Assembly: GCF_001194135.2 (NCBI RefSeq)
Contig: NC_068981.1
Location: 190,409,375-190,473,374 of the forward strand
Reading direction: 5' to 3'
Length of the DNA: 64,000 bases
Source: Octopus bimaculoides
Lineage: Eukaryota
Part shown: positions 50,721-62,450 of the stretch, one piece after another
Layout: each line of letters starts with the position of its first letter
How positions within the stretch are numbered: position 1 is the first letter of the stretch
Notes under the pieces: generated by a model
What the model was told of the DNA's origin: nothing
Database searches by the model: none
The model's input: the letters and a program-made list of their open reading frames with translations, nothing else
Translations under genes and position numbers: made by a program

Positions 50721-52264
50721 GTGTCAGGCATCCGCAATATTTGTCATCCATGTATCTTTGTTTCTTTTGCATCTTTTACTGGTTTCATCAGTAATGCTTA
50801 CTCCAATGTAGGTGGAGAAGCTAAATTGTATTTTATATGTATGTATGTATGTATGTATGCATGTATGTATGTATGTACAGAGAGAGAAAGAGAGAGGGAG
50901 AGAGAGAGAGAGGTGCAGTGGAAGTCATTTATTGAGATCATAATAATAATTTGATGACAGTATATGTGATTATAGTAAAACGTTTTGACAGTATACAAAG
51001 GCACAAACACACATACACACACATGCATACACACATATACACGTGCATACCTACCTACATACATACATACATACATGTATGTATAAAATACACACACATA
51101 GGTGAAGAAAATATATAAATTTGAAGAAAGGATGTGGTCAAAGGAGACAAGAATTCTATACATATGTATATATATATATATANNNNNNNNNNNNNNNNNN
51201 NNNNNNNNNNNNNNNNNNNNNNNNNNNNNNNNNNNNNNNNNNNNNNNNNNNNNNNNNNNNNNNNNNNNNNNNNNNNNNNNNNNNNNNNNNNNNNNNNNNN
51301 NNNNNNNNNNNNNNNNNNNNNNNNNNNNNNNNNNNNNNNNNNNNNNNNNNNNNNNNNNNNNNNNNNNNNNNNNNNNNNNNNNNNNNNNNNNNNNNNNNNN
51401 NNNNNNNNNNNNNNNNNNNNNNNNNNNNNNNNNNNNNNNNNNNNNNNNNNNNNNNNNNNNNNNNNNNNNNNNNNNNNNNNNNNNNNNNNNNNNNNNNNNN
51501 NNNNNNNNNNNNNNNNNNNNNNNNNNNNNNNNNNNNNNNNNNNNNNNNNNNNNNNNNNNNNNNNNNNNNNNNNNNNNNNNNNNNNNNNNNNNNNNNNNNN
51601 NNNNNNNNNNNNNNNNNNNNNNNNNNNNNNNNNNNNNNNNNNNNNNNNNNNNNNNNNNNNNNNNNNNNNNNNNNNNNNNNNNNNNNNNNNNNNNNNNNNN
51701 NNNNNNNNNNNNNNNNNNNNNNNNNNNNNTATGTATGCATATATATATAGAATATATATATATATATGGGAGAATATACAAAAAATAACAACAGACGAGG
51801 ACAGGTGGTGTAAATAACAAAAGTATATATATATATACACATACACACACACATGAATATATGTATGTAGTCACACACAAACACAAACAAACATACACAC
51901 ATATTCATAAAGAGATCGTTTCCTTTTTGCCGTTCTAGAGACAACTTCCTCTTTCCACAAGTCGTCGTCTGCTAGAAATTATCCCAACATTGTTTCTTCG
52001 GCAAATGTTTCTTACGGTGAACACAAGAAAGGAAACGGTTCTCGCAGCCAATACGTGTGTGCGTGTCTGTCTGTGTGTCTGTGTGTGTGTGTACTCTGAG
52101 TTGCATTCTCCCTCCATACACACACGCACGCACAAAGTCACAGACAAATCTTTTCTTTAACATGGCTGTGTAATAGTTGAACATTCTTTAGGTCAGTCTC
52201 CATATCCCCAGCACCATCTGTGAATGGCCATATCACTGAATGTGTGTCTGCATGTATTCTTACT

Positions 52265-52304
<40 letters not shown>

Positions 52305-52694
52305 CAGTAGTAGAAGTGGCGGTCGTAGTGATTATTCTCATTCTAAGCAAAAAATCACATAATGGCAAAACTCAAAATCAAATTGCAGTTACCATGTATA
52401 CACACACACACACACACATATACATATATACATATGTATGCACACACACATGCACATGCACTCACACAGGCACATGCAAACACACATACACACAAACGCA
52501 TGCATGCACACACACACACACACATATATATATACATATGTATATGTATGCACACACGCACAGGCACACATACATATATACACATATACATATATATTTT
52601 TTATATGCACACAGGCACACGCACGCACACGCACACACATGCATACACACACACACGCACATACACATATACATATGTATATATATATATGTGT

Positions 52695-53178
52695 AGGAGG
52701 CGTAGGAGTGGCTGTGGTAAGTAGCTTGCTTACAAACCAGATGGTCCTGGGTTCAGTCCCAGAACCAGGTGGCACCTTGGGCAAGTGGCACCTTGGGCAA
52801 GTGGCACCTTGGGCAAGTGGCACCTTGGGCAAGTGGCACCTTGGGCAAGTGTCTTCTACTATAGCCTCCGGCCGACCAAAGCCTTGTGAGTGAATTTGGT
52901 AAGCGGAAACTGAAAGAAGCCCGTATTATATATGTATATATATGTATGTGTGTGTATATGTTTGTGCATCTGTGTTTGTCCCCCCAACATCACTTGACAA
53001 CCGATGCTGGTGTGTTTACGTCTCCGTAACTTAGCGGTTTGGCAAATGAGACCGATAGAATAGGTACTAGGCTTACAAAGAATAAGTCCTAGAGTCGATT
53101 TGCTTGACTAAAGGCAGTGCTCCAGCATGGCCACAGACAAATGACTGAAACAAGTAAATGAGTAAAAGAGTAAAAGAG
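52695..53178 (+). mobile_element. Family C SINE, full length, with 5x 16-bp internal amplification
   Basis: A box tggctgtggtaag, B box ggttcagtccc, (ggcaccttgggcaagt)x5 at 52771-52850, tail gagtaaaagag. Confidence 0.92.
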
Positions 53179-53410
53179 ATATATGCACACGCACATGCAC
53201 ACCTGCACACACACACACACATACATATATATACATATATATACATATATATACATATATATATAGTCATTATGAGGATATATAAAACTCTTACAGGGAG
53301 AGTTTCATCCAAGATACACTGGTTTAATATATAATATTTTGAAGATATAATTCTTCAATAAATATATTATACAAATATAAAATATTATTAAGTAAGAAAA
53401 TGGAGAGATT

Positions 53411-53790
53411 TAATGGATATAAATTAATTTTTAATTTATTAACATTGCCTTGCCTACAATCGTTTCAATTTCCACTCAATACAAATTACAAGATATATAT
53501 CAATTGAACTGAATTGAAACCAGTTTCAGTTCATGAGCTGTGGCCATGCTGGGACACTGCCACTATACATAATAAAATATTTTTGCATTTTTGGAGATTT
53601 TTGAGTGAAATATCTTCAGGGCAAAAAGGACATTACAGAATTTACATGGGAATCAGTTGAGGTACTCTAGCACTCGAAATCTTAAAAAATGCAAAATCAT
53701 TTTATTATATATATATTGTAATTTGTATTGAGTGTAAATTGAAATGATTGTAGGCAATGTTAATTAATTAAAAATAAATTTATATTCATT
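53411..53790. mobile_element. AT-rich foldback element with ~135-bp arms
   Basis: Left arm (53411-53607, interrupted at about 53501-53563 by a SINE-tail fragment) is the inverse of the right arm 53671-53790. Confidence 0.75.
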
Positions 53791-54027
53791 ATATATTCAA
53801 ATGAAAGACAGAAAAAGGAATATACAAGAATATATTAGAATATATTATTAATTACAACAATTGTTTTGACATATCTAGCATCAACTCCTCTTGTGGGACA
53901 CACAAAAACTGGCTCAGGAGTATCCGGTGGTGCAGACGTATCTTGTCGGGTGATAAATAAATTAAAAATTTCGTTAAAATGACTGTTCCATAATGCAACT
54001 TTCAGTTTTGTAGAGAAAATTGCATTA

Positions 54028-54465
54028 TTCATCATCATCATCATCATCATCATCGTTTAACGTCCGCTTTCCATGCTAGCATGGATTGGACGATTTGACT
54101 GAGGACTGATGAAACCAGATGGTTACACCAGGCTCCAATCTGATTTGACAGAGTTTCTACAGCTGGATGCCCTTCCTAACGCCAACCAGTCCAAGAGTGT
54201 AGTGGGTGCTTTTACATGTCACCCGCATGAAGGCCATTCAGGCGGTACTGGCAACGGCCATGCTCAAAATGGTGTATTTTATGTGCCACCTGCACAAGAG
54301 CCAGTCCAAGGGCACTGGCAACGATCTCGCTCGAAAATCCTCAAACATGTCATGGGCACAAGTGCCAGAAAGGCGACGCTGGGCACAGGTGCCATCCCAA
54401 TTTCGCTTTCGCTTGCCCCAATAAGTCTTCGCAAACTGAGTTTCATGTCCAATGAAGGAGACTAC
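54028..54465 (-). mobile_element. Family R element
   Basis: Tail, signature and modules. Confidence 0.9.
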
Positions 54466-54809
54466 CATCATCATTATTATTATTACCATCATCGTTATTA
54501 TTGTTGTTGGTGTTGTTGTTGTTGTAATGTTTTCCTTGTCTTTAACAAAGTAAAGAAATCATAATTACTATTGTTGCTGTTGTTATTTATTATGTTGCTG
54601 TTATTGTTCTTAGTGATATTTTCATTGCCGTTGTTTATTATTACATTTATTGTTGTTGTTATTATTCCCTTCATGGGATCTCCAAGTGCTCATGTCATTG
54701 AATCATAAACCAAAATCGACTCAATTGAAACTCTGAGAAAAACCTATTTCCTAGCAATCATTATATTCTACTTAACGTGGATGTATGGTTAGAACACAGT
54801 GACATTCAC

Positions 54810-54841
54810 CTTGAGAGATCCTCTCATATGAGAATACAATG
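54810..54841 (-). CDS. Candidate exon C (32 nt; ALYSHMRGSLK or IVFSYERISQ)
   Basis: Strong acceptor ttttttgcttttAG and donor AAG|GTGAAT in unique sequence. Confidence 0.25.
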
Positions 54842-55499
54842 CTAAAAGCAAAAAACATATCGTTAACAGATGAGAGATCATCTCGCATGGGTGGTGGAAT
54901 TGCCAGATCATGTAATTTCAGTGTACATGCACTTCATCAGTAACAGGCATCCATTCACTACATGCCAACCAAATCCCACGGTCAATAATTTATAAAAAAA
55001 CAACAACTGTTCAGTCACTGCTGTTACAAATAGCTAGTAGTCTCTTTAAAAGATAAATGTTAACAATGTAATGATATGTTTGTTCTTTATGCACTGTACG
55101 TGTATCTGAACAGATCTCTGAAGGCAAATAGTGCAGTAATACAGCATTCTAACAATGCATCACATTAAATAGGGTATAAAGATTGCTATTTGGTATTAAT
55201 ACTGCTTCCATCACTAATATTTTTTTTTAAGCCCATTTTAGATTTTCATGGAAGATTAGATTCTCTATCTTATCCAAACAGCTAAGAACACCCCATGCAT
55301 TACAAATCCTGATTTCCATATCATTCTAGTATTTTGAGATATGATTTCCAAGGTATTTATAATTCTCTACTTATTTTTTTTTTTTAATTCTTCCCCATTC
55401 ATAAAATGCAAGTTTTCAGTTTCATCTAACTTGTAATAAATATATTCTGTTTAAGACATGCTGATATATAGTCTGATTTTGCTGGTATTTTTTCTCCAG

Positions 55500-56290
55500 T
55501 TCATGAAGGAAGATATCAACACAGCTTTCATATGATCACTGATTGTTGTCATGGTGTACACCAGAATACTCTGTGGTGTTCTAAATATCTTGCGCCATCA
55601 ACACATGACTAACAAAGATGTATACCAAGACACCCCATGGTTGGCACTCCACCGGTTATGACGCCGAGGGTTCCAGTTGATCCGATCAACGGAACAGCCT
55701 GTTTGTGAAATTAACATGCAAGTGGCTGAGCATTCCACAGACATGTGTACCCTTAACATAATTCTCGGGGGAGATTCAGCATGACACAGAGTGTGACAAG
55801 GCTGGCCCCTTTGAATTACAGGTACGACAGAAACAGGAAGATAGAGTGAGAGAAAGTTGTGGTGAAAGACTATAGGAGGTTTCGCCACCACCCCCTGCCA
55901 GAGCCTCGTGGAGCTTTAGGTGTTTTTGCTCAATAAACACTCACAACGTCCGGTCTGGGAATCGAAACTGCGATCCTACGACCGCGAGTCCACTGCCTTA
56001 ACCACTGGGCCATTGCGCCTCCACCAAGACACCCTGTATATCACAGAGAAAATGCAAGAGCACAGTCTGAGATTTATGGGTCACTGTCCATATAACAAGG
56101 AGGAATTGGCACCTGAAGTTCATCTGTGGTAACCTTCTCATGGTAAACAGGGAAGAGGTAGACCAGCAAACCATTACATCAACTAATTGTTTAGAAGACA
56201 GCCAATGCAATATCCAATATCCAAGAGTTTTGAAAGGCCATGGATGACAGTCGGGAATGGTAGATGTGTGACAAGAATGCTGAGAAGAGA
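55500..56290 (+). mobile_element. RTE LINE ORF2 C-terminal remnant, split by a SINE
   Basis: Rejoined across the SINE it reads YTRILCGVLNILRHQHMTNKDVYQDTLYITEKMQEHSLRFMGHCPYNKEELAPEVHLW*PSHGKQGRGRP, a typical RTE C-terminus (LRFAGHC...RGRP). Confidence 0.8.
55636..56022 (-). mobile_element. Family O SINE, full length, CpG-rich, 12-bp TSD
   Basis: Head ggaggcgcaatggcccagtggttaagg...gtttcgattccc; TSD accaagacaccc at 55624-55635 and 56023-56034. Confidence 0.95.
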
Positions 56291-56329
56291 TATTTAATGT
56301 GTCTAATTTGTTTATGCATAATTGCCTCT

Positions 56330-56762
56330 CTCTCAGCAGCCCTGATTGTTGCCAGGGCTATTGACTGGCTCCCGTGCTGGAGGCACATAAAAAGCACCAT
56401 TCGAGTGTGATTGTTACCAGCGTCACACTACTGGCGCATGAAAAACAACATTTGAGTGAGGTTGTTGCCAATGCCGCTGGACTGGCTCCTGTGCAGGTGG
56501 CACATAAAAAAAACCATTTGAGCTTGGTTGTCGCCAGTACCGCCTGACTGGCACTCATGCCGATGGCACGTAAAAGCACCCACTACACTCTCAGAGTGGT
56601 TGGCTTTAGGAATGGCATACAGCTGTAGAAAATCTGCCAGATCAGACTGGAGCCTGGTGCAGCCTTCTGGCTCGCCAATCCTCAGACAAACCGTCCAACC
56701 CATGCCAGAATGGAAAGCGGACGTTAAACGACGATGATGATGATGATGATGATGATGATGAC
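56330..56762 (+). mobile_element. Family R element
   Basis: Modules, signature and (gat)n tail. Confidence 0.9.
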
Positions 56763-56794
56763 TAATACTAACTAAATAATAATAATAATTAATT

Positions 56795-56975
56795 AACTGG
56801 CACCTGAAGTTCTTCTGTGGTAACCTTCTCATAGTAAACAGGGAAGAGGTAGACCTACATACAAACCATTACATTGACTAATTGTTTAAAAGACAGTGGA
56901 TGCAATATCCAAGAGTTTTGAAAGGCCATGGATGACAGTAAGGAATGGTAGATGTGCGACAGGAATGCTGGGAAA
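56795..56975 (+). mobile_element. Second copy of the RTE ORF2 3' end
   Basis: Direct repeat of about 56105-56285 (tggcacctgaagttc...ggccatggatgacagt...gaatgctg). Confidence 0.8.
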
Positions 56976-57024
56976 TTCTTGATCCCCTAATACTAACTGT
57001 TACCATGATTGTTGTTGCTGTTAA

Positions 57025-57357
57025 GGGGGTGAGTTAGCAGAGTTGTTAGCACACTGGACGAAATGCTAAGCGGTATTTCGCCCATCGCTAAGTTCTGAGT
57101 TCAAATTCCACTGAGGTCGACTTTGCCTTCCATCCTTTCGGAGTCGATAAATTAAGTACCAGTGAAATTCTGGGGTCGCTGTAATCGACTAGTCCCCTCC
57201 CCTAAAACTTCAGGCCTTGTGCCTATGATAGAAAGGATTATTGTTGTTTTTGTTTTCATAGTAATGCAAACCCCTCATCTGATGCCCCTGAGGCTATTAA
57301 AAGACATCATCATCATCATTATCATCATCATCATCATCGTCATCATCATCATCATCG

Positions 57358-57391
<34 letters not shown>

Positions 57392-57741
57392 TGTCATCAT
57401 CATTTAATGTCCATTTTCCATTGTTATTATTGTTGTTGTTTCAGCTATTATGGTGGTGAACTAGCAGAAGCGTTAGCATGCTGTGCAAAATGCTTAGCGG
57501 TATTTCGTCTGTCTTTGTGTTCTGAGTTCAAATTCCACCGAGGTCGACTTTGCCTTTCATCCTTTCGGGGTCGATAAATTAAGTACCAGTTGCATACTGG
57601 NNNNNNNNNNTTCCACCGAGGTCGACTTTGCCTTTCATCCTTTCGGGGTCGATAAATTAAGTACCAGTGAAATTCTGGGGTTGATGCAATCAACTAGTCC
57701 GCTCTCACCAAATTTCAGGCCTTGTGCCTAGAGTAGAATGG

Positions 57742-57784
<43 letters not shown>

Positions 57785-57995
57785 GGGGCAGTGAGCCGGC
57801 AGGTTTGTCAGCACACCAGGTACAATGCTTATCGGTATTTCATCTGTTTCTACATTCTGAGTTCAAATTCCACTGAGGTCGACTTTGCCTTGCATCTATT
57901 TGGGGTGGGGGTCGATAAAATAAATGCCAGTTGAGTACTGGGGTCGTTGTTATCAACTTACCCCCTCCCCCAAAATTGCTGTCCTTGTGCCAAAC
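57025..57995 (+). mobile_element. Cluster of three co-oriented family M SINEs (about 57025-57240, 57451-57745, 57785-57995)
   Basis: Each has gagttcaaattcc.ctgaggtcgactttgcct; separated by (CAT)n and (ATT)n tracts. Confidence 0.88.
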
Positions 57996-58173
57996 TTTGA
58001 AACCATTATTATTATCATTATAATCATCATTGTTGTTGTTGTTATCATCATCATTATTATTATCATTATTATTATTATTATTATTATCATTATTATTATT
58101 ATTATCATTATTATTATTATTATTATTATTACTATTATTATTATTATTATTATTATCATTATTATTATTATTA

Positions 58174-58216
<43 letters not shown>

Positions 58217-58559
58217 CATCATCATTATTATTATTGCAGCAGTTATTCATTTTGTTTTAATTATTGCTGCTTATTGCTATTATTATTATTATTGTTATTA
58301 TTATTTTAGCTATCGTTTTTATTGTTTGTTGTTGCTGTTTCTGTTGTTATAATATTTTTTCCAATTTTATTCTTGTTGTTGTTGTAAGAGAATCTATCAA
58401 TAAGACAACTATAGACAAATAACTGGTGTTTATATCACACAATCATACACTGTCTCACTCTTTCCATACATCCATTTGTTTTCCTCTTTTTTTCTCTCTT
58501 TCACGTGTTGTTGTTTCTTTTTCTTTGTTTATATATATTTGTATTCCCCCACCAAAAAC

Positions 58560-59080
58560 CATTTTTTCATCTTTGTTTTTCTCCTTCGTAGTTTTCCTTC
58601 TTCTTCCACTTCTTCTTCGTCTTCTTCTTCTTCAACTTCTTCTTTTCCTTCCTATTCTTCTTCTTTTTCTTCCCTTTCTCCGTCTTCTTCTTCTCCTCCT
58701 CCTTCTTCCCCTTCTGTCTTCTTCTTCTTCTCCTTCCCCTCCTCCTCCTTCTTCATCTTCATCTTCTTCTTCTTCCCCTTCTCCGTCTCCTTCTTCTTCT
58801 TTTTCTTCCCCTTCTCCGTCTTCTACTTCTTCTCCTTCTTCTCCTTCCCCTCCTCCTCCTCCTCCTTCTTCATCGTCGTCTTCTTCTTCTTCCCCTTCTC
58901 CGTCTTCTTCTTTTTCTTCCCCTTCTCCTCCTCCTTCTCCTCCTCCTCCTCCTTCTCCTTCTTCTCCTCCTCCTCCTTCAACTTCTTCGTCTCCTCCTCC
59001 CCCTCCTCCTCCTCCTTCTTCTTTCTTTTCCTCTTCCTCTTCATCTTCTTCTCCTCCTTCTTCTTCTCCTTCTCGAAATG
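58560..59080. repeat. Polypyrimidine (CTT/CCT)n tract, about 520 bp
   Basis: Direct reading; almost purine-free on the + strand. Confidence 0.95.
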
Positions 59081-60320
59081 GTTAAGTAAACAAGATTTCC
59101 ACACAAATCTTTACAAACACTAGTTTTGTGGTGGAATTATAGATTTCAGTCTATTTATCTTCTTCTTTCAACTCTATTGTTGTTTCTTGGTTGAGGAAAG
59201 ATGGATGGGGGTGGGGGCGAGGGCGGGTTACTCCTATTGTTGTTTTTGCTCTTGTTGTCGCTGTCATCATCACTTTTGCTGCTGCTGCTGCTGTTTCTGC
59301 TGTTGTTACTGTTGTCAGTGATATTTCTTTGTATTTCGGTGAAACTAATCAAGTGTAACATAAATATATTCACAGTTGACTGAATATAATAGTGAGCATA
59401 CATGTGTGTCTAAATATCATAGTGTGTATATAACCAGATACATCAGTATGTGTGCATATATATATATATATATATATACATATGCATACATACATATATA
59501 TATATATGCATATATATATATATATATATATATACTTATACATATATATACTTATGTGCATGTGTGTGTACATATACATACATGTGTGTGTCTAAGTTTA
59601 AGAAATATAAAATCTTGAAGGAAAAACATATTAAAAAAGAAAAAACCAACAAAGTCCTAAAAATCTGTTTGACTTATTTCAACAAACCCTTGAAATGTTT
59701 TAGCTTTGAGATTCCTTTTGTGTTTGGTTTCTCTTAAATAAATTACAAAGTAACTGATTTTTACTTACTTAAAGCCCTCTGCCCCATATGGCACAGGGGA
59801 CCCACCTGTGCCAGTGGAGCACTAGCAGCACCGTCCAAGCATGATCATTGCCAGAGCAGCTGTCTGGTTTCCGTGCCAGTGGCACGTAAATAGCACCTTA
59901 AGCGTGATCATTACCAGCATCACCTTACTGGCACTTGTGTCAGTGACATGTTAGAAAACATTCAAGCGAGGTCATTGCCAGTGCTGCTGGCACATAAAAA
60001 ACACCATTTCAGTTTCCTTAAATCTAATGGCGAAGGTGAATGGTCTTGTGGCTAAGCTGTTGCACTAACAATTGCAAGGTTATGGTTTCAAATCTTGCTC
60101 TTGGCAGTGCATTGTATTATTTTTCATGTTGGTCCAGTCTGCTCAGCTGTTAAATGATGAACTAGCTTCCCATTCAGAGAGGGAAAGTTCTGATCTTAGT
60201 CAATTATTCTCCATGGAAACCAGGTAACTAGCATTATGTGCCTGAGGACTTGGAATAATAAATAACATTGAAAAATACCTTAGGAACAAGAACAAGAACT
60301 CAGGTTCGAAATTTCCCCAA

Positions 60321-60366
60321 GACACCTGATGAAGGCTGGAGGGTATATCAGCTGAAATGTTGTGTT
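60321..60366 (+). ncRNA. Minimal type I hammerhead ribozyme motif (Penelope-like), in a unit spanning 60301-60433
   Basis: GACAC-CTGATGA-A-GGCTG(gagggtatat)CAGCT-GAAA-T-GTT-GTGTT; GUU triplet retained. Confidence 0.65.
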
Positions 60367-60444
60367 AACAACAAACAAGATGAGGACAAATATCCGTGAA
60401 ATGTAAATAATGTAAATATCAACAGGTTCAAAACATAAACTCAC

Positions 60445-60510
60445 CAACAGATTTATGGCATTTCAATGCTTTATTGCATTCAGCTGCAAATGTAGTGACA
60501 CCTGTCTCTG
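60445..60510 (-). CDS. Candidate exon B (66 nt; ETGVTTFAAECNKALKCHKSV)
   Basis: Acceptor gttttcaattctgcAG, donor TTG|GTGAGT; only one open frame (phase 1-1); unique sequence. Confidence 0.3.
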
Positions 60511-61089
60511 CTGCAGAATTGAAAACATGCTTATAAAGCAAATGAGTCATCAATCATAGTGTCCTGTATGAGGTACCTACCTCAAAGAATGGGTTCATCA
60601 AGCTTATTCCTTTCTTTCTAAGACAGCAGTCATATGACTAAAGTATGTGCTGCTCACAGAAGCCTTTCAGTTTGTCCCCCCCCCCCGGCTACCATCACCT
60701 GGTATATACAGGTATATACAGTACACCCAGAAGTGCTGCACCCATAAAAGTGTTGCCTCCTCCTAGCAACACATGGCCTGGTGGTTGGAGTATTGCTTTC
60801 TTGCTCACAAGATCACAGTTTTAATTTCTGGACCAGGCAGTGCATTCTACCTTGGGGCAAATGACTTCATCGCATATTTCCTTGCAATCACTTCAACACC
60901 TGATGTGTGGTACCCTACGACTCTGCTCGGGTTGTATCAGTTTGGGGGAGGGAGTGAGTTAATGTACAACACAAGCATTTGATCACTACAAGCAAATCAT
61001 TTGAGCAGGGTGTTTAGCAGACTATTGCAGGAACTACCATACATGCATGTGCCACTGCAGAACAATCCACCTGACTCCAGAGATGAAGG

Positions 61090-61440
61090 GTATTTATCTT
61101 AGTTCGACCTTTGGCATTACATTGTGTTTGAGAAGAAGACCCATCAAGCTAAGCAAAATCGCAGTCGTGGCAAATACTGGTGTCGCGCAAATTGGCATAT
61201 GTGCCACCGGCATGTAAATTCACCCCTGTGTCATGCAAATGGCACCCTATGTGGATGATAGCACATAAAAGCACCCAGTACACTCTCAGAATGGTTGGTG
61301 TTTGGAAGAGCACCCAGCTGTAGAAAACGATGCCAAACCAGACTGGGGTCTGGTACAGCCTTCCAGCAAGCCAGCCCAGTCAAACCGTCCAACCCATGCC
61401 AGCATGGACAATGGATGTTAAATGATGATGATGATGATGG
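61090..61440 (+). mobile_element. Family R element
   Basis: gacctttggcattac...signature...gttaaatgatgatgatg. Confidence 0.8.
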
Positions 61441-61546
61441 TGAGGAGGAGGAGGGTTCCTTTAAGGATTTATGTTGTGATAACTAATTTGACCCACATTC
61501 AATCAACATGATATTCCATGAAGACCTCTGGAATTGAGAGACTTAC

Positions 61547-61589
61547 CACAATGGTACTTTATTTCCACACATACACACCGACTCTGACT
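61547..61589 (-). CDS. Candidate exon A (43 nt; SQSRCVCVEIKYHC)
   Basis: Acceptor catctccatttctcgcAG, donor GTG|GTAAGT; unique sequence. Confidence 0.25.
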
Positions 61590-61948
61590 CTGCGAGAAAT
61601 GGAGATGCAAAGCTCAGCTGGGCTAAGTGACTGCTATTTGCCACAAGCAAATGTCAACCCAATCTCCAGAAAATTTGGTACATGAAAGTAGACTGTATGT
61701 AAACTGAAACATATCTGAACAACTCAAGAAAAATTGTGGCATATTTCAAGTATTTTTAATTAATTCCAGATAACGTGTAGCTAAGTGGATGAGAAATAGC
61801 ATTGATGTGCGTTTGAAAAAGGAAAATAAAGCACAGCTAATTCCAGATAAATATCTTAAAACAAAATTGACAATTTTAATCTAAACATTGCTGATGAAAA
61901 GAGATATGGATATGTGGTTAACAAGATGGATAAATCTTGTTGGATAAA

Positions 61949-62178
61949 GGCGGCGAGCTGGCAGAAACGTTAGCACACTGGGCGAAATACTTAGCGGTAT
62001 TTCGTCTACCGTTACATTCTGAGTTCAAATTCCACTGAGGTTGACTTTGCCTTTCATTCTTTTGGGGTCGTTAAATTAGGTACCAGTTATGCACTGGGAT
62101 CGATGTAATCGACTTAATCCCTTTGTCTGTCCTTGTTTGTCCCCTCTATGTTTAGCCCCTTCTGGGCAATAAAGAAAT
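61949..62178 (+). mobile_element. Family M SINE, full length with 16-bp flanking direct repeat
   Basis: aagatggataaatctt at 61923-61938 and 62179-62194; 10 extra nt lie between the left copy and the SINE head. Confidence 0.95.
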
Positions 62179-62234
62179 AAGATGGATAAATCTTTTACTT
62201 GTTTTAGTCATTGGACTACAAAAATATTGGTTTC

Positions 62235-62450
62235 AGATTTTGGTGCAAGGTCAGAAATGTTTGGGAAGGGGATAAATTGATGATGTCGACCCCAAAGTAC
62301 AACTGGTACTTATTTTATCGACATCGAAAGATGGAAAGGCAAAGCCAACTCCAACAGGATTTGAACTCAGAGTGTTAAGTCAGAAAAATGCCACTAAGCA
62401 TTTTATCTGGTTCCGGTGCAGTAATGATTCAAGCACCTCACTGCCTTACA
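62235..62450 (-). mobile_element. Family M SINE, older copy
   Basis: caactggtacttattttatcgac...aaaggcaaagccaac...tttgaactcag. Confidence 0.75.

Noticed and set aside
55500-55560. + strand exon after tttttctccAG (HEGRYQHSFHMITDCCH)
   Set aside because: Another frame of the same DNA is clearly RTE ORF2, continuous across the SINE TSD.
55985-56022. tRNA genes (also SINE heads at 35163, 50410, 52695 and 61949)
   Set aside because: A/B boxes are present but continue into SINE bodies with TSDs, and I could not fold a complete cloverleaf.
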